Positions 10,263 through 20,175 of a DNA stretch of 64,000 nucleotides are shown here, one piece after another (position 1 is the first letter of the stretch; the number at the start of each line of letters is the position of its first letter). Made by a program: the position numbers and the translations under genes. Source of the stretch: a virus; the IMG/VR virus record IMGVR_UViG_3300033141_003184, positions 4,936 through 68,935 of that record. One strand, given 5' to 3'. The notes under the pieces are model-generated. The model was not told where the DNA came from and did no database searches. It worked only from the letters and a program-made list of their open reading frames with translations.

Positions 10263-11345
10263 TTAAGCAAGATGAACAATTCCGCTCTTACCATTCTGAT
10301 CAGAACGAATCTGAGGAACCTGAATAGTAAGAACCTTATACTTATTTACAAACCTTCCTTCAGTAGTCCACTCAACATTCGTAATACCCATACCACGAAC
10401 CAAACGAACCACATCAGAAGTCATTTGTACAAGCAAAACGTTATTAGCAGGCAAAGTATCAATAACCTTTACCCCCTTGATACCGGAAACCTTCAAGATT
10501 CTTTCCCGGATGGTAGTGCCTGGAGTGGTTGTATCGTAATCCTCATCCAATATGGTTTCATATGCCGTAGGAATGTACAACATCCATGGTCCATAATGAT
10601 AGTTATTGATAGATTCCTGCTTCATGCTAATTACATCAGCAAGAATCTGAGCCGCAGTCTTTGAAGAACTATCCCAATTAGCACTCAACGACACTGTATT
10701 CCTATCAGGATGATTAATATAGGAATAAATAGTACCTCCACCAAAAGTGTAAGTAGTGTTGGTAAAGAGCATTTCTTCCAGCTTCTCATTCACTTTCCGG
10801 GCAGCCCTCTCAGCAGCTGTAGTATCCAACGGATTACCAAGAGAACGACTGGCGGCCAACACTCTTGCGTTAATCTCATAATCAACATGAATTATGGGAA
10901 TTGGCAGGTAATGAACTCCAAAACTCGGTCGATCACCCTGAGAACGAGTTACCCCGTCCATAGTGAGACTGGCTTCCATTGCGTCACTTACGTCATGCCA
11001 TTCAAGAACGGTTGTTCCCATAGCATTACCAAGGTTGTATACCAAACCATTAGCAACCAAATCCTGAACACCCCCAAGTCGAGACTCAGAAATCTTCAAA
11101 ATAGCTTCATCCAATTGCTTCCACTCATCCCTACGGAGAGTAGCATTGGTATTAATAGGAACAGCTTTATAACTGGTCGGTTTCTTAGGATCACCTCCTT
11201 TGAATACCGTAATATAAGCCCTTCCATCTTTCGGATTGATCCACGGTCTCATAGCTCCCGGGTCCATACGACCGTTAACTTGAAACATAGAAGCTACTTC
11301 TCCCTGAACTTGTCCTTTACTAATAAAATCAACATTAGTATTCAT
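10263..11345 (-). CDS. Major capsid protein (HK97 fold, Linocin/encapsulin-like)
   Basis: TLRRDEWKQLDEAI, LPIPIIHVDY, PLDTTAAERAARKV, QVPQIRSD..GKSGIVH; ATG at 11345 with GAAAGGAGG RBS. Confidence 0.9.
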   Translation of the reverse strand: MNTNVDFISKGQVQGEVASMFQVNGRMDPGAMRPWINPKDGRAYITVFKGGDPKKPTSYKAVPINTNATLRRDEWKQLDEAILKISESRLGGVQDLVANGLVYNLGNAMGTTVLEWHDVSDAMEASLTMDGVTRSQGDRPSFGVHYLPIPIIHVDYEINARVLAASRSLGNPLDTTAAERAARKVNEKLEEMLFTNTTYTFGGGTIYSYINHPDRNTVSLSANWDSSSKTAAQILADVISMKQESINNYHYGPWMLYIPTAYETILDEDYDTTTPGTTIRERILKVSGIKGVKVIDTLPANNVLLVQMTSDVVRLVRGMGITNVEWTTEGRFVNKYKVLTIQVPQIRSDQNGKSGIVHLA

Positions 11346-11364
11346 TTCTATTCCTCCTTTCATC

Positions 11365-11817
11365 TTATATTACACGTACTTTGATTCTACCCACTGCAAC
11401 AGCGGAATTACTCAGATCAACAGCCTCCAAAGCCACCGCCACAATAGATGCCGGGTACTCAATAGCAGTAGCCGTTGTAGCGGCATACTTCTGTAAGTGA
11501 CCAGCTCCATCACTTTCAAGAAAATCCCCGATAGAGACATTCTCTCCATCTTTCAATAATGCGTAAACTTCTTCTCCACGAACCGTTACCCAAACCTGCA
11601 CCTGATCGTCAGCAGAGTAATTATCATCAATACCATTACCCTGTAACTCATCTTCCAATGCAAACATCGGAAGAACAGGTTCTCCAGCACTGGAATGAGC
11701 TTGTACTTTCCCAGCACTGGTCAATTCGACAAGCATACCTGGAGTGATTGTTCCAGCAGCAACATATTCATTAACAATATCCAGGTACTTTTTCAGCTTA
11801 ATCGTGTTTTTTGCCAT
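11365..11817 (-). CDS. Capsid decoration/cement protein
   Basis: AAGTITPGMLVE...GDFLESDGAGHL; lies between protease and MCP; strong RBS. Confidence 0.75.
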   Translation of the reverse strand: MAKNTIKLKKYLDIVNEYVAAGTITPGMLVELTSAGKVQAHSSAGEPVLPMFALEDELQGNGIDDNYSADDQVQVWVTVRGEEVYALLKDGENVSIGDFLESDGAGHLQKYAATTATAIEYPASIVAVALEAVDLSNSAVAVGRIKVRVI

Positions 11818-11843
11818 TTTTTTACCTCCTTACATTTTTATAA

Positions 11844-13763
11844 TTAATTCTTCTGTTCAACTTCTACTCCAGGAGGGAGTAAAATTTCGTCAGAGCTATT
11901 CACTCCAATTCCACCAGCCAAGGAAAAATCAGGTTCCTGCGGTTTGGTGGATTCATACAATCTCAGGAGAAAATCATCAGAAAGTCCTTCCAAAGTTTCT
12001 GTAGGCCATTTGTCCTCCCCAACATTTGTCTGGATTTCTTTAATCAATTTCTCCCTCTTTTCTTTCTGTTCTTTCTTATAAGCCTCCAAAGCTCTTTTGT
12101 CTTCTTCAGAAAGAACATCAACTTTCTTCTCAATTTCAATAGGTTGTGCTATCTTATCGAGAAGATCAGCATCAAGAGTCATTAAAACCTCCTTGTCTTC
12201 TTCAGTAAATCGCCCATTGCTATTAGCAATAAGATCACTTACCTTCTGTTCGACTTCAGGAGTTTTTCCATCTTCTTTTTTCACTTTTCTGTCCTCCTCT
12301 TTTTTAGTTCGACAATTAGAAATATATTCTACGGACTTCCTCACTCGTGTCGGATCACCAATAAGTTCGATTTTCCCGCCTTCGTACTTATAGGATTGCT
12401 TCCACAAAGAGGACTCTCCCTTAGAATTCTTTGCATAAATAACTTCTCCATCATATATTTCTTCCGGATAATACCAAGCGATATCAGAGCTAATGGTATC
12501 AAAATAACGATACATCGCATCCAAAATCTCTCTATATCCAACACCTCCATTTATCTCAAATTCATTTACAGAATATCCCAAATTTCTCACCAAAGATACT
12601 AATTCTGATTCAATCAAACCCTGTGGAGCTTTTAATTTAGCATTAAACTCTTTATTCAATAAACTATAAGCTCTTCTCCTCGCTGCAGATAAAGTATTAG
12701 CCGGCACTCCCTTTACCTGAGCTCCACGTCCACTTATAACAGCTCTAAGAGCATGTTCATTAAGTTTACCAGTCTTTGGATTAACCACGGGTAACTTCAA
12801 ATCACCAAAAGTCTTAGCAGAACTCGATCCTATAAGATAGTGAGAAGCTATTCTTGCTTTTTCTTTAGAACTCAACTCATCCCACTGTTTATCAACTCCA
12901 AAATCACCTAATGATGGAGCCTTCCATTTTGTGGTTTCAGTCCCACTATATTTAAGAGCGTTGGTAATATATTGAACATTCACAAGTAACTCATCTTCAA
13001 TTCCCTGATTCACTCTTATTCCACAACCATCGTCTATGGAACATGCTCCCACAAGACCGGGTAATAAAGCCAGATGATCAGGTCTGTAATTCTTAGCGAT
13101 GTAATTATATTTTTCCCCATTCCACTCTCCTTCCACTTCTTCATTATCTGAAAACACTCCAACAGAAACTTCTATCATTTCCCCATTCTTTACGGAATCT
13201 AACAAGTCAGGAGAAACAACTTCCAAACGTTCAATATCTAACCAAGCCTCCGCTTTCAACCTTGATCCCTCTAATTGAGCATTGAATACCCTTCCAATTT
13301 CATACTCCTCCAAAACCTCCGGAGAGTTTGCGGAAATAAAGGAATCACCATCATCCTTTGGATGATTCAATACAATAGGTATTCCATTCCAAGCTTCCAC
13401 AACTTCCCCAAGTTCCTCGGCAAGATGCAATACTGCCCCAGCACTACCAACATGAACTCCCTCCTTAATCATCACAACAGGAACCACCAAATAATCTCTA
13501 CCATTGAGAGTTCTCTCCTCCGCTTCATATCCTTGAGCAAACGGATCGGAATCCATAGTTAAAAAAACATCTTCCATAATTCCAATATTAGCACTCAAAA
13601 CCCCATTAGCATATTTGACTGCTTTAGCATCACATTCCTTTTCACTTCCTCCATCAGCTAAACATTTCTTACGAACAGAGTTAGCTATGTTAACCCACCT
13701 TCTCTTCTGTTTATCAGTGAGCCCTTTCATATGTCGATCAACATCTTTTACAGTCCACGGCAT
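11844..13763 (-). CDS. Prohead protease/scaffold (DUF2213-like) with ChaB-like N-terminus and an extra internal domain
   Basis: WNGIPIVLNHP, EVSVG, PDHLALLP..VGACS..DGCG; coiled-coil scaffold C-terminus. Confidence 0.8.
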   Translation of the reverse strand: MPWTVKDVDRHMKGLTDKQKRRWVNIANSVRKKCLADGGSEKECDAKAVKYANGVLSANIGIMEDVFLTMDSDPFAQGYEAEERTLNGRDYLVVPVVMIKEGVHVGSAGAVLHLAEELGEVVEAWNGIPIVLNHPKDDGDSFISANSPEVLEEYEIGRVFNAQLEGSRLKAEAWLDIERLEVVSPDLLDSVKNGEMIEVSVGVFSDNEEVEGEWNGEKYNYIAKNYRPDHLALLPGLVGACSIDDGCGIRVNQGIEDELLVNVQYITNALKYSGTETTKWKAPSLGDFGVDKQWDELSSKEKARIASHYLIGSSSAKTFGDLKLPVVNPKTGKLNEHALRAVISGRGAQVKGVPANTLSAARRRAYSLLNKEFNAKLKAPQGLIESELVSLVRNLGYSVNEFEINGGVGYREILDAMYRYFDTISSDIAWYYPEEIYDGEVIYAKNSKGESSLWKQSYKYEGGKIELIGDPTRVRKSVEYISNCRTKKEEDRKVKKEDGKTPEVEQKVSDLIANSNGRFTEEDKEVLMTLDADLLDKIAQPIEIEKKVDVLSEEDKRALEAYKKEQKEKREKLIKEIQTNVGEDKWPTETLEGLSDDFLLRLYESTKPQEPDFSLAGGIGVNSSDEILLPPGVEVEQKN

Positions 13764-13790
13764 TTTTAATTCCTCCTATTATTTCGTTTT

Positions 13791-14036
13791 TCATATTTTA
13801 TCATCTATTTTTACCAACCGGTAATGTCCTATTTCTTTTCGAAGAATCTTATTTCCATCTTCATCAGTATCCATTATTAATTCTCCATTCTCATCTGTAG
13901 CATAACTTTGTATTTTAAGGATCACTGGATTACCAACGGTAATATCAATGTGTACAGAAAACACTTTTGGTATCTTATCAATACCAAATAACTCAAATAA
14001 CTTTTTTACTAATTCTGAATTATGCCCAATAGCCAT
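13791..14036 (-). CDS. Hypothetical protein
   Basis: 81-aa ORF filling the gap, co-directional with its neighbours. Confidence 0.55.
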   Translation of the reverse strand: MAIGHNSELVKKLFELFGIDKIPKVFSVHIDITVGNPVILKIQSYATDENGELIMDTDEDGNKILRKEIGHYRLVKIDDKI

Positions 14037-14043
14037 GACTTTA

Positions 14044-15012
14044 TTATTTAATTGTTTTTACATCTCTTTCCAATACAGGCAGAGCAACGCATCTACACAT
14101 CGGATGAACAGGAATCATCGGTTCAATTTCATCTAACGTATATATTTTACCTTCCAACCGAGCACAAATATCACAAACCCTATCATCACCAGCCGTAGAG
14201 AACTCCGCTCTGACTTTGACCCCAACAACTCCCCAATTTCTCATTTCCTGAACATTTGCCAAATGATACGCTCTTATTAACTCAGTTCGGGCAATCATTT
14301 CCGCCCTTCTCATAGCTGGAATGAATCTCCCCAAAGTATCAGTTATACCCAACTTTCCCATTCCAACCCCTTCAATAGTAGCAACCAATTTCCTCGCTAT
14401 CAATCTTGCTCCATCCCCCTGAATCATACCCTCTGCCAAAACACGAGCAATCTGAGAAGCCATAGCCTCTGTAACACCAACAAGATCAGTAAAAACCCGA
14501 GTAAAAAGAATTCCGACTCTATCCATATGAAAAGGAGTACTCATGGAAGCGGTTATTCCCCCTGTCTCCTCCAAAGACGGAACATCATACCCGGCAGCCC
14601 TCATCTCAGTCCTTGCCCTGGCAATACCTCTTTTGTAAGCATCCAAAACATAAAGATCAGTCCACGCTCCCATCAAAGGACGACCTAATTGCTCCATCTC
14701 GATTATCTCCAATATTCCTTTCTTAATCTCCTCCCTAATCCAGCTCATAAAAGCCTCTATTTGCTCTTCCGTAGTAAGAAAAGCAAATGCCCTATTACCC
14801 GGAGTTTGATAAACAGATGGTTTCTTCAGTCCAAATACATCTTCCTCATCAACTGACTTCCTTATTAACGATGATATCCCACGAAATCTCCTTCGCATAG
14901 CCCGAGCGAAGGCATTTCTCAAAGATAGAGTTCTCGTAGGATCATATCTCGAATAATCAGCAAACGTACAAACATGATCATAAGAACGTTGATATGTTTC
15001 TACCTCAATCAT
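14044..15012 (-). CDS. Head morphogenesis protein (Mu gpF/SPP1 gp7-like)
   Basis: RAEMIARTE, TAGDDRVCDIC and PVHPMCRC motifs. Confidence 0.9.
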   Translation of the reverse strand: MIEVETYQRSYDHVCTFADYSRYDPTRTLSLRNAFARAMRRRFRGISSLIRKSVDEEDVFGLKKPSVYQTPGNRAFAFLTTEEQIEAFMSWIREEIKKGILEIIEMEQLGRPLMGAWTDLYVLDAYKRGIARARTEMRAAGYDVPSLEETGGITASMSTPFHMDRVGILFTRVFTDLVGVTEAMASQIARVLAEGMIQGDGARLIARKLVATIEGVGMGKLGITDTLGRFIPAMRRAEMIARTELIRAYHLANVQEMRNWGVVGVKVRAEFSTAGDDRVCDICARLEGKIYTLDEIEPMIPVHPMCRCVALPVLERDVKTIK

Positions 15013-16445
15013 CTTACCATACTCCTATCTAATTCTTTTTGGACCTTACCATCAGGATTTGTTGCCTGTCCCTTCATTCTATCAACTATAGCTTGAGTCA
15101 ATTCCTCTTCTGCAATCTCCGCATCTCTCATTTTATTAATTAATTCAATCTGATCAGAAGTCAACCCAAGGAAAAATTGCATAAATGTACTCGGCGGAAT
15201 AATAGCTTCTGCCATAGGATTAAGAGTATACTCCCTCAGAGCAGTAGCCCTCGCTTTCCCAATATCAACTCTCGCTTTCTCACTCATGGAATAGAGATCA
15301 TCCCATTTTATAGTATATCCATCAGAAGGTTCTGGAAGAACTCCATGTTTTATAAGTTTATCAACCAACGGTCTCAAAATATGAGGTTCCACATGATCCT
15401 CTCTCCTTGCCTGAATAAACATCATCCACTCTCCACGATCCTCTGAAGAAGCCAGCTCTCCACGTTCACTACCAAGCAATATCCTTTGTGGAATCCCAGT
15501 AACAGCTGATATCATCTGAATCTGAATGTTAACATGGTTAGCCGGATCAGCTATTTGTTGAGCAAGAGATTCCAGTTCCAATCCCTCATTTACCAATATC
15601 CTTCTCAAATTATTTTCATACTCATCAATCTGATCCTTCAAATCCTGTTCAGTCTTTGAAGTCATCTGATAATTTGGAAGTATTTTTCCCTGATATCCAG
15701 GTCGTGCTCCCCTCCAAAACATCTCAGCATCACCACCAACCAATTTTTCCAAATCCATCAACCGATTATACACTGCTTGTAACTTTGGAATACCTTCTAC
15801 TTCCGATTCCAAAACATCCTCCACTACGTGAATAACCCGAGAATGATGAACCTTCACTGTTCTTGTATTGTTAGAAGCCGGATCAGTTGTAACTATGTCA
15901 TAAAATTCAGGCAAACCGTATCTCTTATCTTTATTATCACTAACGTACGAATTTATCTTAGCAGACTCCTCACTAAAAGGTTTTATATAGAACAACTTCC
16001 TTTTTCCGGACTTCACCGGCTTCGAGAAATCCTCAATTGTAGGAGTATCATCAAATCCCAACAATAGAACCCCGTACTTACCTATTCCTGCCAAACGATC
16101 AACCCTCGATAATACCGATTTCAAACCAAAGTCACGAAATAAATTAATCCAATCTTTTTCAAAAGTTGTCCTTTTTTCATCATTAGTCTCAATTAACTCT
16201 ATACTTCCCTGCCATGTCGCTTTTACCGGACGATCAATTATTGCCTTCGCTATATCTTGTCTCAAATACTTTGCATAATAATCAGAGAAGGTAATCTCCG
16301 TAGATGGATAACCGAGAGCTTTGTAAATCTCTCTATCTCCACCATACTGTTTCCCCAATTTAGACATCAGGGAAGCCCTTGTTACCAACATAGACAAGGC
16401 TTGTACTTTCTCTTCTAACGCTTGTATGGTCTTATTTTTTCTCAT
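15009..16445 (-). CDS. Portal protein (DUF1073-like)
   Basis: IAKAIIDRPV, VHHSRVIH, ISAVTGIPQRILLGSERGELAS; follows TerL. Confidence 0.88.
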   Translation of the reverse strand: MRKNKTIQALEEKVQALSMLVTRASLMSKLGKQYGGDREIYKALGYPSTEITFSDYYAKYLRQDIAKAIIDRPVKATWQGSIELIETNDEKRTTFEKDWINLFRDFGLKSVLSRVDRLAGIGKYGVLLLGFDDTPTIEDFSKPVKSGKRKLFYIKPFSEESAKINSYVSDNKDKRYGLPEFYDIVTTDPASNNTRTVKVHHSRVIHVVEDVLESEVEGIPKLQAVYNRLMDLEKLVGGDAEMFWRGARPGYQGKILPNYQMTSKTEQDLKDQIDEYENNLRRILVNEGLELESLAQQIADPANHVNIQIQMISAVTGIPQRILLGSERGELASSEDRGEWMMFIQARREDHVEPHILRPLVDKLIKHGVLPEPSDGYTIKWDDLYSMSEKARVDIGKARATALREYTLNPMAEAIIPPSTFMQFFLGLTSDQIELINKMRDAEIAEEELTQAIVDRMKGQATNPDGKVQKELDRSMVR

Positions 16446-16451
16446 TTTTAT

Positions 16452-17999
16452 TTATGTTATTCTCCTTACTCTTCTAACAGAAGTTAATTTGTTGAAAGCT
16501 CCACTCGCCGCATCAACCTGATCTTTATAAGTCGAATATGGAAAAAATCTATGTTCCTCCATAAAATCCCTATTCCACACCCCCCTTAGTAATAAAACAT
16601 TCCCATTATTTACCTGAACAGAATATGGATCAGCTCTAAATACTTTATCACCGGTAGGTCTCTCAGCATAACAAGAGAATCCGGCAAGATTCCTTATTGT
16701 AGCTTCAGCTGAATCCTTCCCACCCGATCCCGGTTCCTGTTCTATCCAAACTATTGTATTTACTCCATCAACCTCAGCAGTAGATCGTATGATCTCTTCT
16801 CTATCACTGCTATTCCATTGTCCCCTCTTTACATCCCTCACCAAAAACTTTCCATTCAACAAAAGACTCATTTTCACCCCAACAGTATAAGCTCCACCAT
16901 CTTGTGTAGCTGCTTTATCCCAATACCTTATAGTAGAAACGATATGAGACTCGTTTGGAGAAGTATCCACTATCATAAAATTACTAACTTTAAACATACC
17001 TCCACCTGGAGGAGTTGGATCCTGACCGATCTGTCCGGCATATCCATATTGACCAAGATCAGCCTCTAAATCATTCAATACCGACCAGGGCATTCTCGTC
17101 GGGTCCAATAGGTCATTCTTATAATTCTTTACAAGATGCGCCGGAGATACCTTTTTCTTAAACCTTCTTATTTCCCCAGGAAGACATATATGTTTTATAT
17201 TTTCCTTCCTCTTATCCAATAGATGACCCGCAGGATCATTCTGATGCAATCTCTGCATAATCAATATTGTCGGAGTGACCGCTTTATCAGTTTTTCTCGT
17301 AGGGAGAGTCTGTTCCATCCAACGGTTGGCATTAGCCAACTCAATTTCAGATGCCGACTGTTGTGGGTTAAGCGGATCATCAACAATCAAAATATCACCA
17401 TGAAACCCAGTTAAAGTACCTCCCACTGATGTGGAGTAACGATTACCCCCCTGAATCAACTTTGGTCTCCGTCCCGGAGAAGTCTCCTTTTTAATAATAA
17501 TACGGAAATTCGATTTTGTATCTTTATCCTCCCTTATGGAAATCTCCGGGTACATATCCTGAAAAGGTTTGGAACGAATCAAATCCCTGGAATATTCCGC
17601 GGACTCCAATGATAAAACAGATGAGTATGAAGCTGTAATAAATCGCATCCATGACCACTTTGTCCAACACCACACAGGAAACATTATCGAACAAGTAATC
17701 GTTTTTGTACTACCTGGCGGAACATTTATAACAAGATCGTACTCCCTCGGTTTCCTCTCAGCGACTCTCTCAGCTATCTTTTCCAATTCCCTGCATAGAT
17801 ATTCAATATGCCAATTCCCCTGAAATTCATGAGGAGAAACCTGATCCCAAAAATATTGAAGAAAATGATAAAGAGAACGATTATTGAGTTCCCTATCAAT
17901 AGCCACCGGATTCTGAATAGCCTTCAAAAGAAGATCAGACTTATCATCAGACGGTAATCCGGTCAACTTTACATCCGGTATATCAATTTGGGTCGACAT
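16452..17999 (-). CDS. terL: Terminase large subunit
   Basis: INVPPGSTKT Walker A, LIVDDP Walker B, IMQRLHQND, YWDKAAT, EQEPGSGGK and DQVDAAS nuclease motifs. Confidence 0.95.
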   Translation of the reverse strand: MSTQIDIPDVKLTGLPSDDKSDLLLKAIQNPVAIDRELNNRSLYHFLQYFWDQVSPHEFQGNWHIEYLCRELEKIAERVAERKPREYDLVINVPPGSTKTITCSIMFPVWCWTKWSWMRFITASYSSVLSLESAEYSRDLIRSKPFQDMYPEISIREDKDTKSNFRIIIKKETSPGRRPKLIQGGNRYSTSVGGTLTGFHGDILIVDDPLNPQQSASEIELANANRWMEQTLPTRKTDKAVTPTILIMQRLHQNDPAGHLLDKRKENIKHICLPGEIRRFKKKVSPAHLVKNYKNDLLDPTRMPWSVLNDLEADLGQYGYAGQIGQDPTPPGGGMFKVSNFMIVDTSPNESHIVSTIRYWDKAATQDGGAYTVGVKMSLLLNGKFLVRDVKRGQWNSSDREEIIRSTAEVDGVNTIVWIEQEPGSGGKDSAEATIRNLAGFSCYAERPTGDKVFRADPYSVQVNNGNVLLLRGVWNRDFMEEHRFFPYSTYKDQVDAASGAFNKLTSVRRVRRIT

Positions 18000-18588
18000 G
18001 TTCCTCCAATTGTTTTAATCCTATCCTCTTTAACATTTTTAATTCTTCTGTAGTCATTTTGGAAAAATCAATATTTGTCACCGACAATCTCTTTTCGGTT
18101 ATTTCTGTTCTCTGCACATCCGTCCAACGTCCCCGCTGACGCATTGACAACCATTTCATAGCCGCCCAGGAATCCGGTGGAAAGTATTTCTTTACCTTAA
18201 CCACTTCAACTCCATATTTTGTTTTCACCACCTGTTCAATCTCCTTTTCAAATCCGACCGCCCGCTTATAAAGAGCTTCTGCAACATTGGAATCCGCTTC
18301 CATCTTACCCATTTGTAGAGCTTCCCTAAACTCTTTTTTATCCTTTTTCCACATTTGGATGGTCGAATAACTGACTCCGATAATCTTAGCCATCTCCTCT
18401 TCAGTAGCTCCGAGCAAAGCCAACCGATACACCTGTTCCGGACGATCCTCTGTCCACTTTGACTTAAAAACCCCACTTTTACCGGATAACTTAATATCTT
18501 CCAAACCAATTACACCCTCATCCGGTCTCTTACTATCATTAAAGATTTTTGTAACTTTCACTCCTATGTCTATTTTGGAGTCTTTCAT
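17983..18588 (-). CDS. terS: Terminase small subunit
   Basis: HTH LALLGATEEEMAKIIGVSYSTIQMWK; ADSNVAEALYKRAVG..PPD; immediately upstream of terL. Confidence 0.85.
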   Translation of the reverse strand: MKDSKIDIGVKVTKIFNDSKRPDEGVIGLEDIKLSGKSGVFKSKWTEDRPEQVYRLALLGATEEEMAKIIGVSYSTIQMWKKDKKEFREALQMGKMEADSNVAEALYKRAVGFEKEIEQVVKTKYGVEVVKVKKYFPPDSWAAMKWLSMRQRGRWTDVQRTEITEKRLSVTNIDFSKMTTEELKMLKRIGLKQLEEHVDPN

Positions 18589-19141
18589 ATAATAAAAAAA
18601 TAAGTATTTCAAAACAAGGTCCTAAATTTACATTCAAATAAAATAAATTCCAACCACTACCAAAACCGATATTCACTTTATTAACCACCTGTTCATATGA
18701 TGTTTATTGGGAAAATTCCAAATAACACAACTTTATTATCATCTTTATAACCACTTTTACCAAATTCCAAAACAAAAACGTCAAATTTGTACAAACCAAA
18801 AAACAAGAAAATTCCAAAATCACACACCCCACCTAAATTTTTTGGAACAAACCAGTATCAATCATTCCAAAAAATTCCAAAAAATTCCCATTCCTGACTT
18901 CTCCTTATATATAAAAAACAAAACCGATACACTGGTTAATAACTATGAACTTTCACTTAAAAATTACCCAAATAATACAAAATTCTTATATAATCATATT
19001 CCTCTCCATATAAAAAATTCCACTCCCTACTCCAATATCAGATATTACCCAACCTATAAAAGTCGATTATACCGCCCTAAAAATCACTCATACATAAGAA
19101 ACATAAGAGTATAAATCATAGGATAAGTATATTAAAGACTC

Positions 19142-19278
19142 TTGGAAAATTCCAACCTATATTTTCCCGTAATATCTTTTATAAGAGATTTTGGAAGGTT
19201 CCAAGTCAGAATATGGAATAGAGTGTGTAAAATAGTATACCCGATTTTGGAATTTTCCAAAGTTTTAGAATTTTCCAA
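19142..19278. repeat. Array of 14-bp palindromic TTGGAA-NN-TTCCAA sites
   Basis: Copies at 19142-19155, 19191-19204 and 19247-19260, plus variant TTAGAATTTTCCAA at 19265-19278; extra TTCCAA half-sites between ~18645 and 18890. Confidence 0.85.
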
Positions 19279-19392
19279 AATGGTACGTCTGGTTTGTGGA
19301 GGGGTCGTTCCACCCCCCATTTATCCCCCATCCCCCAAATACCTACGTATCTATATATGATAATAATTAGATATGATCATCCCATATCAAAT

Positions 19393-19571
19393 TATCTAAA
19401 TAGATAGATATATTGATAATTTGATATGATCTTTAATCCCTTGATAGATAAATATTTATCTATTTATATATGATAATAAGTAAATATGATTGATCCCGGA
19501 TGGATGGATCAGATTATTTTTTATCCAAATATTCACATATCTATCTATCAATATATCTATCTATTTAGATA
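19393..19571. repeat. 26-bp perfect inverted repeat
   Basis: TATCTAAATAGATAGATATATTGATA (19393-19418) and its reverse complement (19546-19571); an overlapping 14-bp IR lies at 19383-19396/19415-19428. Confidence 0.85.
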
Positions 19572-19781
19572 TTTTAATATACCATATCCCTATCTTTAAT
19601 CAATCTAAATAAGGATAAGATGATCCTTATTTTTATTTAGATTTGATTTAGATAAGGATGGATTTATTTTTATTTAGATTGATTATAAATTATCAAAATA
19701 TGATAAAAATCATTTTTTTTATAAAAATATATCCTGATCTTTATATTGATAAAATTATTTATTAATCAAAATTTATCAATT

Positions 19782-20156
19782 ATGGATCAAAAAATCAAAT
19801 CCGATCCTGGGATTAAAGATCAATCCCAGGATCAAATGGATAAAAATCAGATCATTGATGATCTGATAAAATCCATCAAATCATTAAATCCTAATAAATC
19901 TATTATTAGGATATCCAAAAAATCAATTATCGAGATGATGATCCGATATCCTGGGGGATCATCCCTTAAAGATATGGGATTAATGATCAAAAAATTAGGG
20001 ATTGATGATGATCTGGATAAAAATATCAGGGTATCCCGATTATGGATATCAAAATTAGGATATCGGATTATAAGGATAGGGGATCGATATTATCCTGATC
20101 CTGATGATCCCAATAATCCTGATCATCCGGATTATCAAAAAAATCATAAAGGATAA
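19782..20156 (+). CDS. Small DUF3489-like winged-HTH protein, paralogue 1 (GAT-coded)
   Basis: ISKKSIIEMMIRYPGGSSL..M...IKKLGIDDDLDKNIRVSRLWISKLG aligns with 22911..23207 and 35167..35667. ATG at 19782 follows the leader AAAATTTATCAATT, also used at 20702. Confidence 0.8.
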   Translation: MDQKIKSDPGIKDQSQDQMDKNQIIDDLIKSIKSLNPNKSIIRISKKSIIEMMIRYPGGSSLKDMGLMIKKLGIDDDLDKNIRVSRLWISKLGYRIIRIGDRYYPDPDDPNNPDHPDYQKNHKG

Positions 20157-20175
20157 AAATTTTATGATTTTATAA

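Noticed and set aside
270-17823. Many + strand ORFs in the structural region, and - strand ORFs across 22-59 kb
   Set aside because: Antisense shadows of well-supported genes.
18707-19360. ORFs 18707..19114, 19132..19320 and 19142..19360
   Set aside because: Low-complexity translations of a skewed, repeat-rich intergenic region with no recognisable motifs.
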